A stretch of DNA of 24,886 nucleotides from assembly GCF_004010195.1 (NCBI RefSeq), contig NC_057753.1:6437277-6462162 (forward strand), in the 5' to 3' direction. The translations under genes were made by a program, and so were the position numbers. Source of the DNA: Chiloscyllium plagiosum. Taxonomy: Eukaryota. The notes under the pieces are model-generated. The model had not been told where the DNA came from and ran no database searches. It saw nothing but the letters and a program-made list of their open reading frames with translations. Each line of letters begins with the position of its first letter. Within the stretch, counting starts at the first letter, position 1. Below, piece after piece: positions 1 through 10,489 of this stretch.

Positions 1-2371
1 AGCAAACCTACATGCAATATTATTCACAATAAAAGAATACGTTGGTATTTATTTGATCCAGTTGGAATAATTCAAAAACGTTCTGCCAATCTAAACTGAA
101 CCTTATAATCAAGTCATTGCCACTAAACTCAACCTAGTTTTGTCCAGAAAACTAAGACTTAACTAAGTGTAGAAACTAGAGATTGGCTAAAACCAATTTT
201 ATGTCTATTAAACCTATTAACAATTTGGCTACGAATAAAATACTAACATAAAAAAAAAGCACGATCACAGTTAGGCGGTAGTGTGAGGAAAAAATAACAT
301 AAGTGTAAAACCCGAAAACAATTTGAATTTCAATCGAATCCCTTTCTTGGTAATAAACCTGAATTTAACAAACAGCGCAATGACATTCTCACCAAAAGCA
401 AAAGAAAAAAAAATGTACGAAATCTATTTTCATTTCAAATTCGAACTGACAATCCAAACTCAAAACAGTAAAGCAGAGATGGTTACAGCAGGACGCGTTC
501 AGACTGCCTCTACCCTGATAGTCCATAAGAATCTGACTGCTTTAACATACCAACTTAGTCCCCTCTCGTCTTCTGATTTCTCTTCTCTCTTCTCTCTGTG
601 AGTTCCTCCCTCCCTCTGAGTCATCTCCACCTTTACTGTAGTTGTTCCCATCTCTGCATCCACTGAGCCTTCTTTCCCCTCAATCTGTAAATCGCGCGAC
701 CCTCCTTGCACGATGCCGTCAATGCTTTGAATGATGCATAGCGTAAAGCATTCGCAAGTGTATTTGCCCACATTGGCTGATCTCAGCTAACACTGTTCTG
801 CACTGTCCTTTTCGAAGTGAGCGGAGGTGGGCTTGAAGAGACTGGACTGGGACTGGCGAATAGCAATCAACAGAACTTGGATAAAGGAAGTTGTGCTCCC
901 TGCAGACCCTGTGATTTGGACTGTCCCATTCTTACTCCAATGGTCCCCATTCTAAGTAGCCTTCTCCCCACTAAAAACTCAAATGTAATGTTTACTGTGG
1001 AAAATTGTCATTGTTAATATTTCACGTACGAACAGCAAAAATCCCAGACAGTGTAGATAGGAAGCTAGGGCTGTTTTGAGTGCGATAGACAGAGCATTAG
1101 TCGTTTTTGATGTGATTTTTCTCAATAGGGGCAAGAAAATGTTGAATGCGACAGGGAAATCACAGAGGGAAGGAGAGATACAGGCTCTGAAACTCAACGA
1201 GTAACTGCCTAGTCTTTCAGAATATATCCATTATGGGCAGTCAGACAACAGTTGTCCCTTGTTTTCTATTGAAATTTGGTCCTGTTGTCCACTTTTAATA
1301 TCAAAGGGAAATGTTCAAAAAATGAGAAGATGTTGGGAATCACTAGGTGACTGCATCCTGTTGTCACTTTTTCTTTCTAAAATAATTAACCTTTGTTTTC
1401 AACAAATTCAGCCTCTCAACTAGGAAATTGATGAAAGGCTAAAGTTTACATACAGGCAGAGGGAGAAATGTCATTTGTAGGGCTGAGGAGACAGGTGTCC
1501 ATTTCAGTCCCTCCCGTAGCTCTTCTGCTGTCCTGACACCAACCTGTCAAACAGAAGCGCTGGTAGAGTCCTGCGACAGGATTACAACGTCATGTGCTCT
1601 CATTCCTTGGGTTTGCACTCGGCCTGTGCTCGTCAATGTGTAAGATTGTGGAAATGGTGATAGAATCGTTGAAGTTTAAAGAAATTTCATTCCTCCCACC
1701 CATTTCCCCAACATCAAGGTCAATTTACTTGAAAGCTATAACTCAGAAGGGAAGTGGAGATAGAGAAAGAGTTGGGGCCGAGAGAGATGCAAAGCGAGAG
1801 GCAGAGAGAGCGAATCATTCTGACACAATCAATCGGTCGGCACGAGCTGAAACAAGGGAAAGAATAGCAATAAACTGCCTGGTCTTATTCTCAGTTATCT
1901 ATAAACATTCTGGTATGAGATGATTGTGTAGTTCATGCTGTCCCTAAAATTTGTCATACGAGGTGCAATTGCAGGAATGGATGGGAACAAAATGTGACAG
2001 AATTGTCAAGAGCGACTGATGCACAGAGCCAAGACTGATCTTACAAACGTCGCTCTGTCTATCTCTCACGACAGCACTAATCTCTGTTTTCAACGTAAAC
2101 AGAAATCGTTCCCGCCGTTTCATTAAATCTATATCTCTTCGTTTTCTTCACATCTACACCATGTTCACATTCTCCTTTAGATCCCTTCTCACAATTATCT
2201 CTCTCCTCGCTCTTCTGGAGCTTCGTGTTTGCAAATCATTCAATTTTCATTTCATCTAAAATCTGATTGCAAAAGCAAACGTCCATTAATTGTCAGAAGA
2301 GACAAGCATTTTTTCTTGGTTCAAGTTTCCTGTGACAACGGGAGGCATGTGCACTCATACACACCTTACGC

Positions 2372-2540
2372 TATTAGCTCCCAAACCATAATATAAAATA
2401 TTCAACATTATCTAGTAGACCCGACATAAAATAGAGAGCATTATCTGGCAGACACAATATGAAAGAGTGAACATTATCACCGCGACCCAATATAAAATGG
2501 TGACAATTACTAAGTCATGGAAATATATGGCACATTATCT
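2372..2540. repeat. Degenerate 33-bp minisatellite (~4-5 units)
   Basis: CATTATC recurs at 2406, 2439 and 2472 (exact 33-bp period), each followed by a GAC..A.AT.AAA-like block. Degenerate units lie at ~2372, 2505 and 2533. Confidence 0.75.
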
Positions 2541-3802
2541 CCGGGCTGATCAGTTATCTTCAACTGAATTAGTCCCATTTGCCTGAATTTGACCCCTGTC
2601 CTTCCAATGGTTTCCTCTGCGCGTACTGATGTTGTAATTGCATTTGCCATTACTACCTCATCTGGAAGCTTGTTCAATACACGCTCTGTGTGAGAACAAT
2701 ATCCCTTTCATTCCTTTTACATTGCCCTTTTTCATCTTAAAGGGATTCCCTTCAGTTTTGTAATACTAGAGCTTCGAGAGAAGACCTCAGCTAATCATCT
2801 TATCAAGGCACTTCACGAATTTATAAACGAGGAAGAAAATGTCCCACCATATTCAAAGAAAAACGAACAAGGAAAATTTACAGCCCAGAAATAGGCCCTT
2901 TGGCCTTCCAAGCCAGAGCTGATCCAAATCCACTGTCTAAACCTGTCGCCAAATTCCTAAGCATCTGTATCCCTCTGTTCCCCAGCTACTCATGAATCTG
3001 TCCAGACGCACCTTAAATAAACCTACTGTGCCTGCCGCTACTACCTCTGCTGGCAACGCCTTCAAGGAACCTGCAACCTTCTGGGTTGCTGCGTGAAACC
3101 CCCCTGAACGTTTTACATCTCACCTGGAACGCGTGACCTCTCGCTATTGATTCCCTCACCATGGGAAGAAGCTTATTTCTATCTACCTTGCCTATAGCCT
3201 TCATGTATTTGTAGACCTCAATGAGTCCCCGCTCAATCTCCTTTCTTCTAATATTCATTGTCTTTCGGACCAGGCAACATTCTTGCAAAATTTCAATGCA
3301 CCATTTCGAGTTAAACAACATACTTCTTATAGCAGAGTGAATATAATTTCACACAATATTATAAAAGTGGCCTCACAAATTTCTTGTATAGCATGATATG
3401 CCAACTCCTAATTTCAATGCTCCAACCAGTACATAAAAGTGGCTTGTTTACTACCCTAACTACCTATGATACTAGTTGCAAAGCACTGTGAGCTTGCGAC
3501 CCCAGGTTTCTCTGTTCGGTAAACACACCGGGAGCCTACCATCTACAGTGTAATTTCTGGACGAATTTCCTAACCAAAATGCCACACTTTATATTTATCT
3601 ACATTAACCTTCAACTACTTCTTCTTTGCCCATTTAAAAAAGATGTTGCTTTACACAAAGATCACCTTCCTATGGTCCATTATATTATGGGCTAAACATT
3701 GAAAACCACGTCTCCGATATTTCATCTAAATCAATTATGTAATTGACGAAAAGCAGGGGACTAATCACTGATGCTCGCAGAACACAACTCTCACTGGACC
3801 CC
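2540..3802 (-). mobile_element. Degenerate CR1 LINE 3' fragment (RT C-terminus + 3' region), interrupted at 2856-3250
   Basis: The reverse complement resembles the CR1 3' region and RT C-terminus: LVRPLL.Y-like sequence near 3340-3390 and a GVPQGSVLGP-like relic near 3750-3800. Confidence 0.75.
2856..3250 (-). mobile_element. 5'-truncated CR1 LINE 3' end nested in the older CR1
   Basis: Minus ORF 3013-3321 contains RGLIEVYKYMKAIGKVDRNKLLPMVRESIARGHAF, matching the CR1 ORF2 C-terminus. A simple-repeat tail lies at ~2856-2880, and ATATTCA flanks both sides (2849-2855, 3251-3257). Confidence 0.8.
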
Positions 3803-3834
3803 AAAGATGACATATTTCCTCAAACAGGCATTTC

Positions 3835-4470
3835 TGCTCAGGTCCTATCTCTAACACATATGCATTCATGAAGCAAAGCACCGTACTGCAGAAACAAGCT
3901 GTGATTTTAAGCAGACCATTCTTCGACCCTCATTATCTCCGCATGGAAAGTATGTTCCAACAAAGCAGTCACCTCGCCAGAACTAGAGGCCATGAAACTT
4001 ACGATGTCATTTCGGTTGCACTCCAGGAGCCAAACAGCTTTGTTTCCTGAAGAATGGGAAGATATGAAAGCTGCACTGTGCCTGTCAACTGCTGTTGAGT
4101 CTGACATTAAAGATGGATGTCCTTACGTCTGGAGCATGTGGCAAACGGAATCAATGAAACTCAACTTATTAAGCAGGACAAGGAGCTTACTACCGCTCCA
4201 CTCACTAAGGATGCTGCAAAGAAATCCTTGGCACCGCCGCCTTGTGTTCTTGATTATATTCGGAGCTGCCAGAGGTGGAATGTAGACAAGCAATTGAGAA
4301 TCCCACTATCCATAGCCTACCAGGTTCTGTCTCGGAGACTGAACATCGCATAGAAAAAATAATGGATTTCCTGGGGGGTGATTACTGGGACATTGTCTGT
4401 GATCAACTCTATTCCCTGTGCTTCAACTAAACAAATGTTTGTGATGTAATTCTATGTTACATGACCACAA
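3835..4470 (+). mobile_element. Possible remnant of a Gypsy-type LTR retrotransposon 3' internal region, PPT and LTR start
   Basis: SGPIS in frame with ORF 3868 resembles the post-integrase GPxSY motif, and a G-run (GGGGGG) followed by TG lies at 4373-4380. No integrase core is visible, so support is weak. Confidence 0.3.
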
Positions 4471-4929
4471 TTATTTCTCTTGGTGCTCTAAGGTTTCGTG
4501 GTCTAAATCTACAATGAATATTCCAAAATACTGACCATAGTAGGGTGGAAAAAGCCGTCGTGTGTTTACCATATCTCTGCGTACACTTATGGAATTATGC
4601 GAAATGTTGACCTGTATTAGTTGCTACGGCTATTAAAAGAGCCTCCTTTCTCTGAATTAGGTTATTCTGTTTCGCCCTTCCTCTTTGTAGCCACGAGATA
4701 ATTGGAGTTTAGGTACATCGAAATTAATATTTTATGTTCCTCATCATCTTAGTCATTTGTCAACATCTGGGAGTTTGTCTTTTGTCAAGACCTCCACGGG
4801 GTCATTAGCGAATTAATATGTGAGTACAATTTAGGAAATATTGATGAGTTCTGAGAATCCAAAAGATGTGGAATATTAAATGACCACCAGAGCATTCTGC
4901 TCTGCGGCACAAGTTGTCACTACAGGAAC

Positions 4930-5310
4930 TTTTACAACAGATGCGCAGGGCCCTCCCCTTTCCTCTCGAAATAAAGTGGTAGTGGGTGCGGGGTTGGAGG
5001 GTACCATTACTGCATATCAAACAAATGGTGTACCACCATCTTCGTCTCATAATCCATAACAATCCATGCGTCTACTCCCTTCCCTTCCTCTTCAAATGAT
5101 GTGGGTTGGAAGGCACACACACAATGTGCCTCGCTGAGCCGAAATCTGGCCCTGTAATTTGCGGACCTCTGTAAAATGCACTGTGTGACACCGTGATTGC
5201 CTCTGTTCTCTTCAGCTGCTTTACATGTTCTATTTATCGTAGTCCTCAAACAATCCCGTTGCTTTATCAATGGTGTCCCTCACAAGATCTTGTTTAACAT
5301 CCAAGTCAAC
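4930..5310 (-). mobile_element. Highly decayed fragments of a CR1-like LINE (second family)
   Basis: Reverse-complement blocks GACACCAT..GATAAAGCA and CCTTCCAACCC...GAAGG..AAGGG.AGTAGACGCATGG resemble a common chondrichthyan LINE 3' region as recalled. A similar block recurs near 4975-5000. Confidence 0.5.
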
Positions 5311-5324
5311 TTTATCTTTCCGTT

Positions 5325-8300
5325 TAGAACGTAGAGCATAAAACATCACAACGCAGCACAGCCCCTTCGGCCCTCAAGTTTGTGCCGATTTGTGAAACCA
5401 ATATGAAACCCATCTCAGCTACACGAATCCATTATCATTCATATGTTTCTCCAATGCCAATTTGAATCCCATAATTTTGGCGAGTCTACTGCAATTGCAG
5501 GCAAGGAGTATTGCATGCACCTCTGACATCTCTTCCATATCTATCAACACTGAATTTGAATCAATTTCAAATCATGCTGCCGTCACCATGCGAGGAAAAA
5601 AAGTCTCTCACTATCCACCTTATCTAATCCTCGGGTCATTTCGTATGTCACTATTATGTCAACACTGAACGAAATCAGATTCAAGTACCTCAGTCTTTCC
5701 TTATAAAACCTTCCATTTATACCAGGCAACATCCTGGTAAATCAGTTCTTTATCATTTCCAATGTTTCTCCAAACTTCCTGAAAATTCTATTAGATTTAA
5801 AAGAATGATGGAAAAGGATAGACCAGATCTAAAAGTTGAAGTTCTAATTTGGAGAAAGGCTAATTTTTGACGGTAATAGGCAAGAACGTTCGAAAGCTGA
5901 TTGGGGGCAGATTTTCGCAGGTAAAGGGACGGCTTGAAAATGGGAAGCCTTCAGAAATGAGATAGCGAGAATACAGGGAAAGTATATTCCTGTTAGGAAA
6001 AAAGGAACGTCTGTTAAGTATTATGGATGCTGGATGACCAAAGAAATTGAGGGTTTGGTTAAGAAAAAGAAGGAAACATATTTAAGGGACAGACAGGATA
6101 GATCGAGTGAATCCTGAGAAGAGTGTAAAGGAAGTAGGAGTACACTTAAGAGGGAAATCAGGTCGGCAAAAAGGGGACATGAGATAGCTTTAGCGAATAG
6201 AATTAAGGAGAATCCAAAGAGTTTTAGCAAATACATTAAGGACAAAATGGCAACTATGGAGAAAATAGTTCCCCTCAAAGATCAGCAAGGTGGCCTTTGT
6301 GTGGAGCCGCAGAAAATGGGGGGAGATACTAAATTAGTATTTTGCATCAGCATGTACTGGGCAAAAGCAAATGGAAGATATAGAATGTAATGAATTAGAT
6401 GGTGACATCTTGCAGAAGGTCTATAGTGCAGAGGTGGAAGTTTTAAATGTCTCGCAATGGGTAAAGGTGGATAAATCCCCAGGACTTGTGCAACCGCTGC
6501 AGTTGTGATCTATAAGGACTTCATTAAGGCGTTCATCAAGGTTCCCCATGGGACACTGATTAGCAAGGTTAAATCTCATGAAATACAGGGAGAACTAGCC
6601 ATTTGGATACAAAACTGTCTCAAAAGTAGATGACAAAGAGTGGTGGTGTAGGGTTGTTTTTCAGACTGGAGGCCTGTGACCAGTGGAGTGCCACAAGTAT
6701 CGGTGCTGTGTCCTCTACTTTATTTTGTCATTCACATAAATAATTTGCATGCGACCATAAGAGGTACAGCTCGTAGGTTTGCAGATGCCACCAAAATTGG
6801 AGATGTAGTGGACAGTGAAGAGGGTACCTCAGGTCACAACAGGATCTTGCCCAGATGAGCAAATGGGCTGAGAAGTTGCAGATGGAGTTTAATTCAGAAT
6901 AATAGCGAGGTGCCGCATTTTGGGAAAGCAAATCTTAACAGGACTTATACATTTAATGGTAAGATCCTAGGGAGTGTTGCTGAACAACGAGAACTTGGAG
7001 TGCAGGTTCATATCTCCTTGAAAGTGGAGTCGCAGGTAGATAGAATAGTAAAGAAGGCATTTGGTCTGCTTACCTTTATTGTTTTGAGTATTGAGTACAG
7101 GAGTTGTGAGGTCATGTTGAGGCTGTACAGGACATTGGTTAGGCCACTGTTGGAATATTGTGTACAATTCTGTTCTCCTTCCTAACGGAAAGATGTTGTG
7201 AAACTTGAAAGGATTCAGAAAAGATTTACAGGGATGTTGCCAGGGTTGGAGGATTTGAGCTATGGGGAGAGGCTGAACAGGCTAGGGCTGTTTTCCCTGG
7301 AGTGTCTGAGGCTGAGAGGTTATCTGGTAGAGGTTTACAACATTATGAGGGGCATGGATAGGGTAAATAGGCAAAGTCTTTTCCCCGGGCTTGGAGAGTC
7401 CACAACTAGATGGCATAGGTTTAGGGTGAGAGGGGAAAAATATAAAACAGACCTACGGGACAATTTTTCACACAGAGGTTGGTATGTGTATGGAATGTGC
7501 TGCCAGAGGAAGTGGTGGAGGCTGGTACAATTGTAACATTTAAAATACATTTGGATGGGTATTTGAATAGGAAGGGTTTGGAAGGATATGGGCTGGGTAC
7601 TAGCATGTGGGACTCGAGTGGGTTGGTAAATCAGATCGGCATGAACGCGCTGGAATGAAGGGTCTGTTTCCATGCTGTACATCTCTATGACTCTATGTTG
7701 CGTCCTGAACTGAACACAATACTCCAAGTACGGCTGCACCTGAGTTTTGTACATCTGCAACATAACCTAATGGATCCGAAACTCACTTCCACTTCCAATA
7801 AGAGCTAACACATAGTATACCTTCTCAACAACCCTATCAACCGGCGTGGCAACTTTCGGGGATCTACATACATGAGACTGAGATGTCTCAGCTCATCCAT
7901 ACTAACTAGAATCTGACCATTAGCACAGTGCACTGCATTGCTGTTACTTGTTCCCAAGTGAATCACCTCACACTAGGCCTCGCCCTTCACAAAAGCGTGT
8001 TGTCTATCCCTAATCATCTCATTTATTTCACGATGATTTTAAATCCAATCTGTTATTAACCTTTTTTGACACGTTGCACATGACCGAAGTAAGGCTCACT
8101 GGTCGAGAATGACCAGGGCCCTCTCTACTCCACTTCTTAAACAAACGGACAACAGTTGCTGTTCTTCCTATAGACAACGACGACATGAAGATAAAAGAAA
8201 ACAACGTTTCTGATATCTCCGCCCCAGTTTGCTAGAGAAACCGACGAAAAATCCCATCCGACCATGGGGACTTTTCAATTTTTATACTTTGCAGAATTTC

Positions 8301-10485
8301 AAACACCTTCTACATGTGAACATCAATCCCGTCTAGTCCCCTAGCGTGTATTTTACTTTTCTCCCAGACAACATTGTCTATTTCCAGTGTGAATACTGTT
8401 AATAAGCCTTGTTGTTGCACCTACACTATTTCTTTGGATTCCACGCATAACTTCCCACTACTGTCCTTTACTGGGCCTAATCTTACCCGAATCATTCTTT
8501 TATTCCTGATTTACCTCTGGAAAGTTTTCGTATTTTCCTTGATTCTACCTGCCAAAGTCTTCTCATGTACCCTCTTGGCACTTGTTGGCCCTCTCTTTAT
8601 GACCTTTTGGCTAACATGCAACTCTCAAGCATCCAAAATGAGCCTTCATGTCTCATCTTTACATAAGCCTCCTTCTCCTCTTGACAAGAGAGTCAAAATG
8701 TTGAGTAAATCACGATTCCCTTGCTTGACCACTTCCTCTCTGTCTGGAAGGTACTTATTTATCATAGGCACACTATAGGCATTATTTGAATATTTCAACT
8801 GTGCACATTACCCGCAGTTTCCTTTCGCATCCTATGCATTCTAAATATTGACTAATCGCATCATACTTGTCTGTTCCCCCAGCTATTCTCTTGGCCTGCA
8901 GTATATACCTAACAGTTTCTATCGCGAAAGTAAAATCTACCCAATTATCACCAAAGTGCCTATCTACCTCCAAGTCTAAAATCTAGCCTGGTTGCTTATC
9001 CAGTATCAAATTCAATGTGACCAACCATCTTGTTGGCCGATTTGCATAGTGTGTCAGAAAACCCTCCGGAAAATATTGGGCAAAAAAACTCTCCCAATTA
9101 AAGTTCTCGAATGATCGGGTATCCATTCAATATGCGGAAAAATGAAGTCCCCTTTAACAATTACCCTGTTACTTTCGGTCTTATTCCGAATCATATTTGC
9201 ACTCGGTTTCTCTACATATCTGGAACTTTTCTGAGGTCTTGAGAAAACTCCCAAAAGTGTGACCACTCCTCTCCTGTTTCTAACATCAATCCATGCTACT
9301 GCAGCAAACGAGACCTCATCAAACGTCCTTTCTGCCACCTCAATACTATTGTTGACACACAATGCCACACCTGCTCCTGCTTTGCCAAATTCCCTGTTCA
9401 TACTAAAATATGTGACTGCCAGAACCTGCCACAGCCATTCCCGTCCTTGTTGTGATCATGTCTCCAAACCGGCCACGATATTAAGTTCCCAGGTACCAAC
9501 CCATGCTGAAACTTCGACCACCTTATTCTGGATGCTCCTGGCTTTTAAATCAACACACTTCAAACCACCTTCCTGCATTCCAGTGCACTGTTGCAACCTT
9601 GAAATTTTATTTACGACATCACTACAATAAATATCCTGCAAAATGGAGCTACAATTCAGGTTTCCACCCACCTGCTCAATTAGTGTAAACCCTCCCAAAG
9701 ACCATTTATCAAGTCTCTCCTCCCGCAGGATATTGATACGCCACTGGTTCAGGTGCAGACCATCCAGTTTGTAGAGGACGCATCTACCTCTGAATGAGCA
9801 CCTATTATCCAGATAAATGAATCCCTCCCTCGTGCACCAAACTTGTAGCCACATGTTCAAATGCTCTGTCCCCTTATTCTCGCCTTTTAGTATGTGGCAT
9901 GATGAGCAAAGCAAAGGCAACAAATCTGCTTTTTTCAACTCTAAGCTTCCACCCCAACTTACTGAATTTCTGCATTACATTCCAATCTCTTTTCCTACCA
10001 CTGTCCTTGGGGCATCAGTGGACCATGTTAGGGCTGCTTCACCTCCGCCTTAAATATCCTAAAAAAATCATGCCAGATATCATAAACTCTGGCAGTTTGA
10101 GGCAACTCACCAAAAGCTAAACTCTCTCTCGGTTCCATAGAACGTCGTATCTTTCCCCTAATTGTGACGACCCGACCAACCGTATCGAAAACTGCATACA
10201 TGATTTTGAGGGAAATAAGCAGAAGGGACCCATATTCTGTCAGCCAGTTAAGTTTCAGTCGCCTGACTGTAATCAGGCTACCTCACTTTAATTCATCTCC
10301 ATTACTCACTTCCCCTTCCAAATGATCTAAATGTTATCTAGCCACAACGCCAGTTCCCTAAGGAAGTTTTGGAGGAGCTGCAGTTGAGGCCACTTCCCCC
10401 AGATGTAGTCAGTGGTGAAACTAGAGGTGGCCCTTATAGCCCACATTTTACAGGAGAAGTGTTCAACTGCCCTAACATCCTTTCT
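5325..10485 (-). mobile_element. Long degenerate CR1 LINE (ORF1 ZnF/leucine zipper + SGNH esterase; ORF2 APE + partial RT), split by an insertion at 5783-7696
   Basis: A (GTTCTAT)n-type tail lies at ~5325-5346. ORF 9456-9938 has WLQVWCTREGFIYLDN...DGLHLN (ORF1 esterase) running into CVDLKARSIQNK (APE start). ORF 9054-9401 has GAGVAL and VIVKGDF (APE). A decayed ORF1 N-terminus lies at 10330-10480. Many stops, plus an RT deletion near 7975. Confidence 0.9.
5783..7696 (+). mobile_element. Better-preserved 5'-truncated CR1 (HER1-like) LINE nested in opposite orientation
   Basis: ORFs 6676 (TSGVPQVSVLCP, FADATKIG), 6910 (LYRTLVRPLLEYCVQF) and 7198 (LERIQKRFTGMLPGL) are CR1 RT and C-terminus. The tail CTCTATGACTCTAT lies at 7683-7696. 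An internal deletion at ~6485-6500 joins DKSPG to the DF.KAF.KVPHG region. Confidence 0.95.
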
Positions 10486-10489
10486 AACA

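Noticed and set aside
88..225. Recurrent CTAAACTxAACCT motifs
   Set aside because: Only two good copies (91, 123) occur in AT-rich sequence, with no stable period.
721..790. Short hairpins with ATGATG...CTGA as a possible C/D snoRNA
   Set aside because: The C box is imperfect, the length is too short, and there is no terminal stem.
2372..2540. CRISPR-like array
   Set aside because: The context is eukaryotic and the units are contiguous diverged tandem repeats without unique spacers.
5179..5195. CACTGTG-TGA-CACCGTG resembling an Ig/TCR D segment, plus other RSS-like heptamers (e.g. 2023, 4074)
   Set aside because: No acceptable nonamer at 12 or 23 bp spacing, and no V/J/C coding sequence was seen.
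5007..5270. LIKQRDCLRTTIN resembling Gypsy Gag LRDRLVCGIN
   Set aside because: It is better explained at the nucleotide level as a decayed CR1-like LINE fragment.
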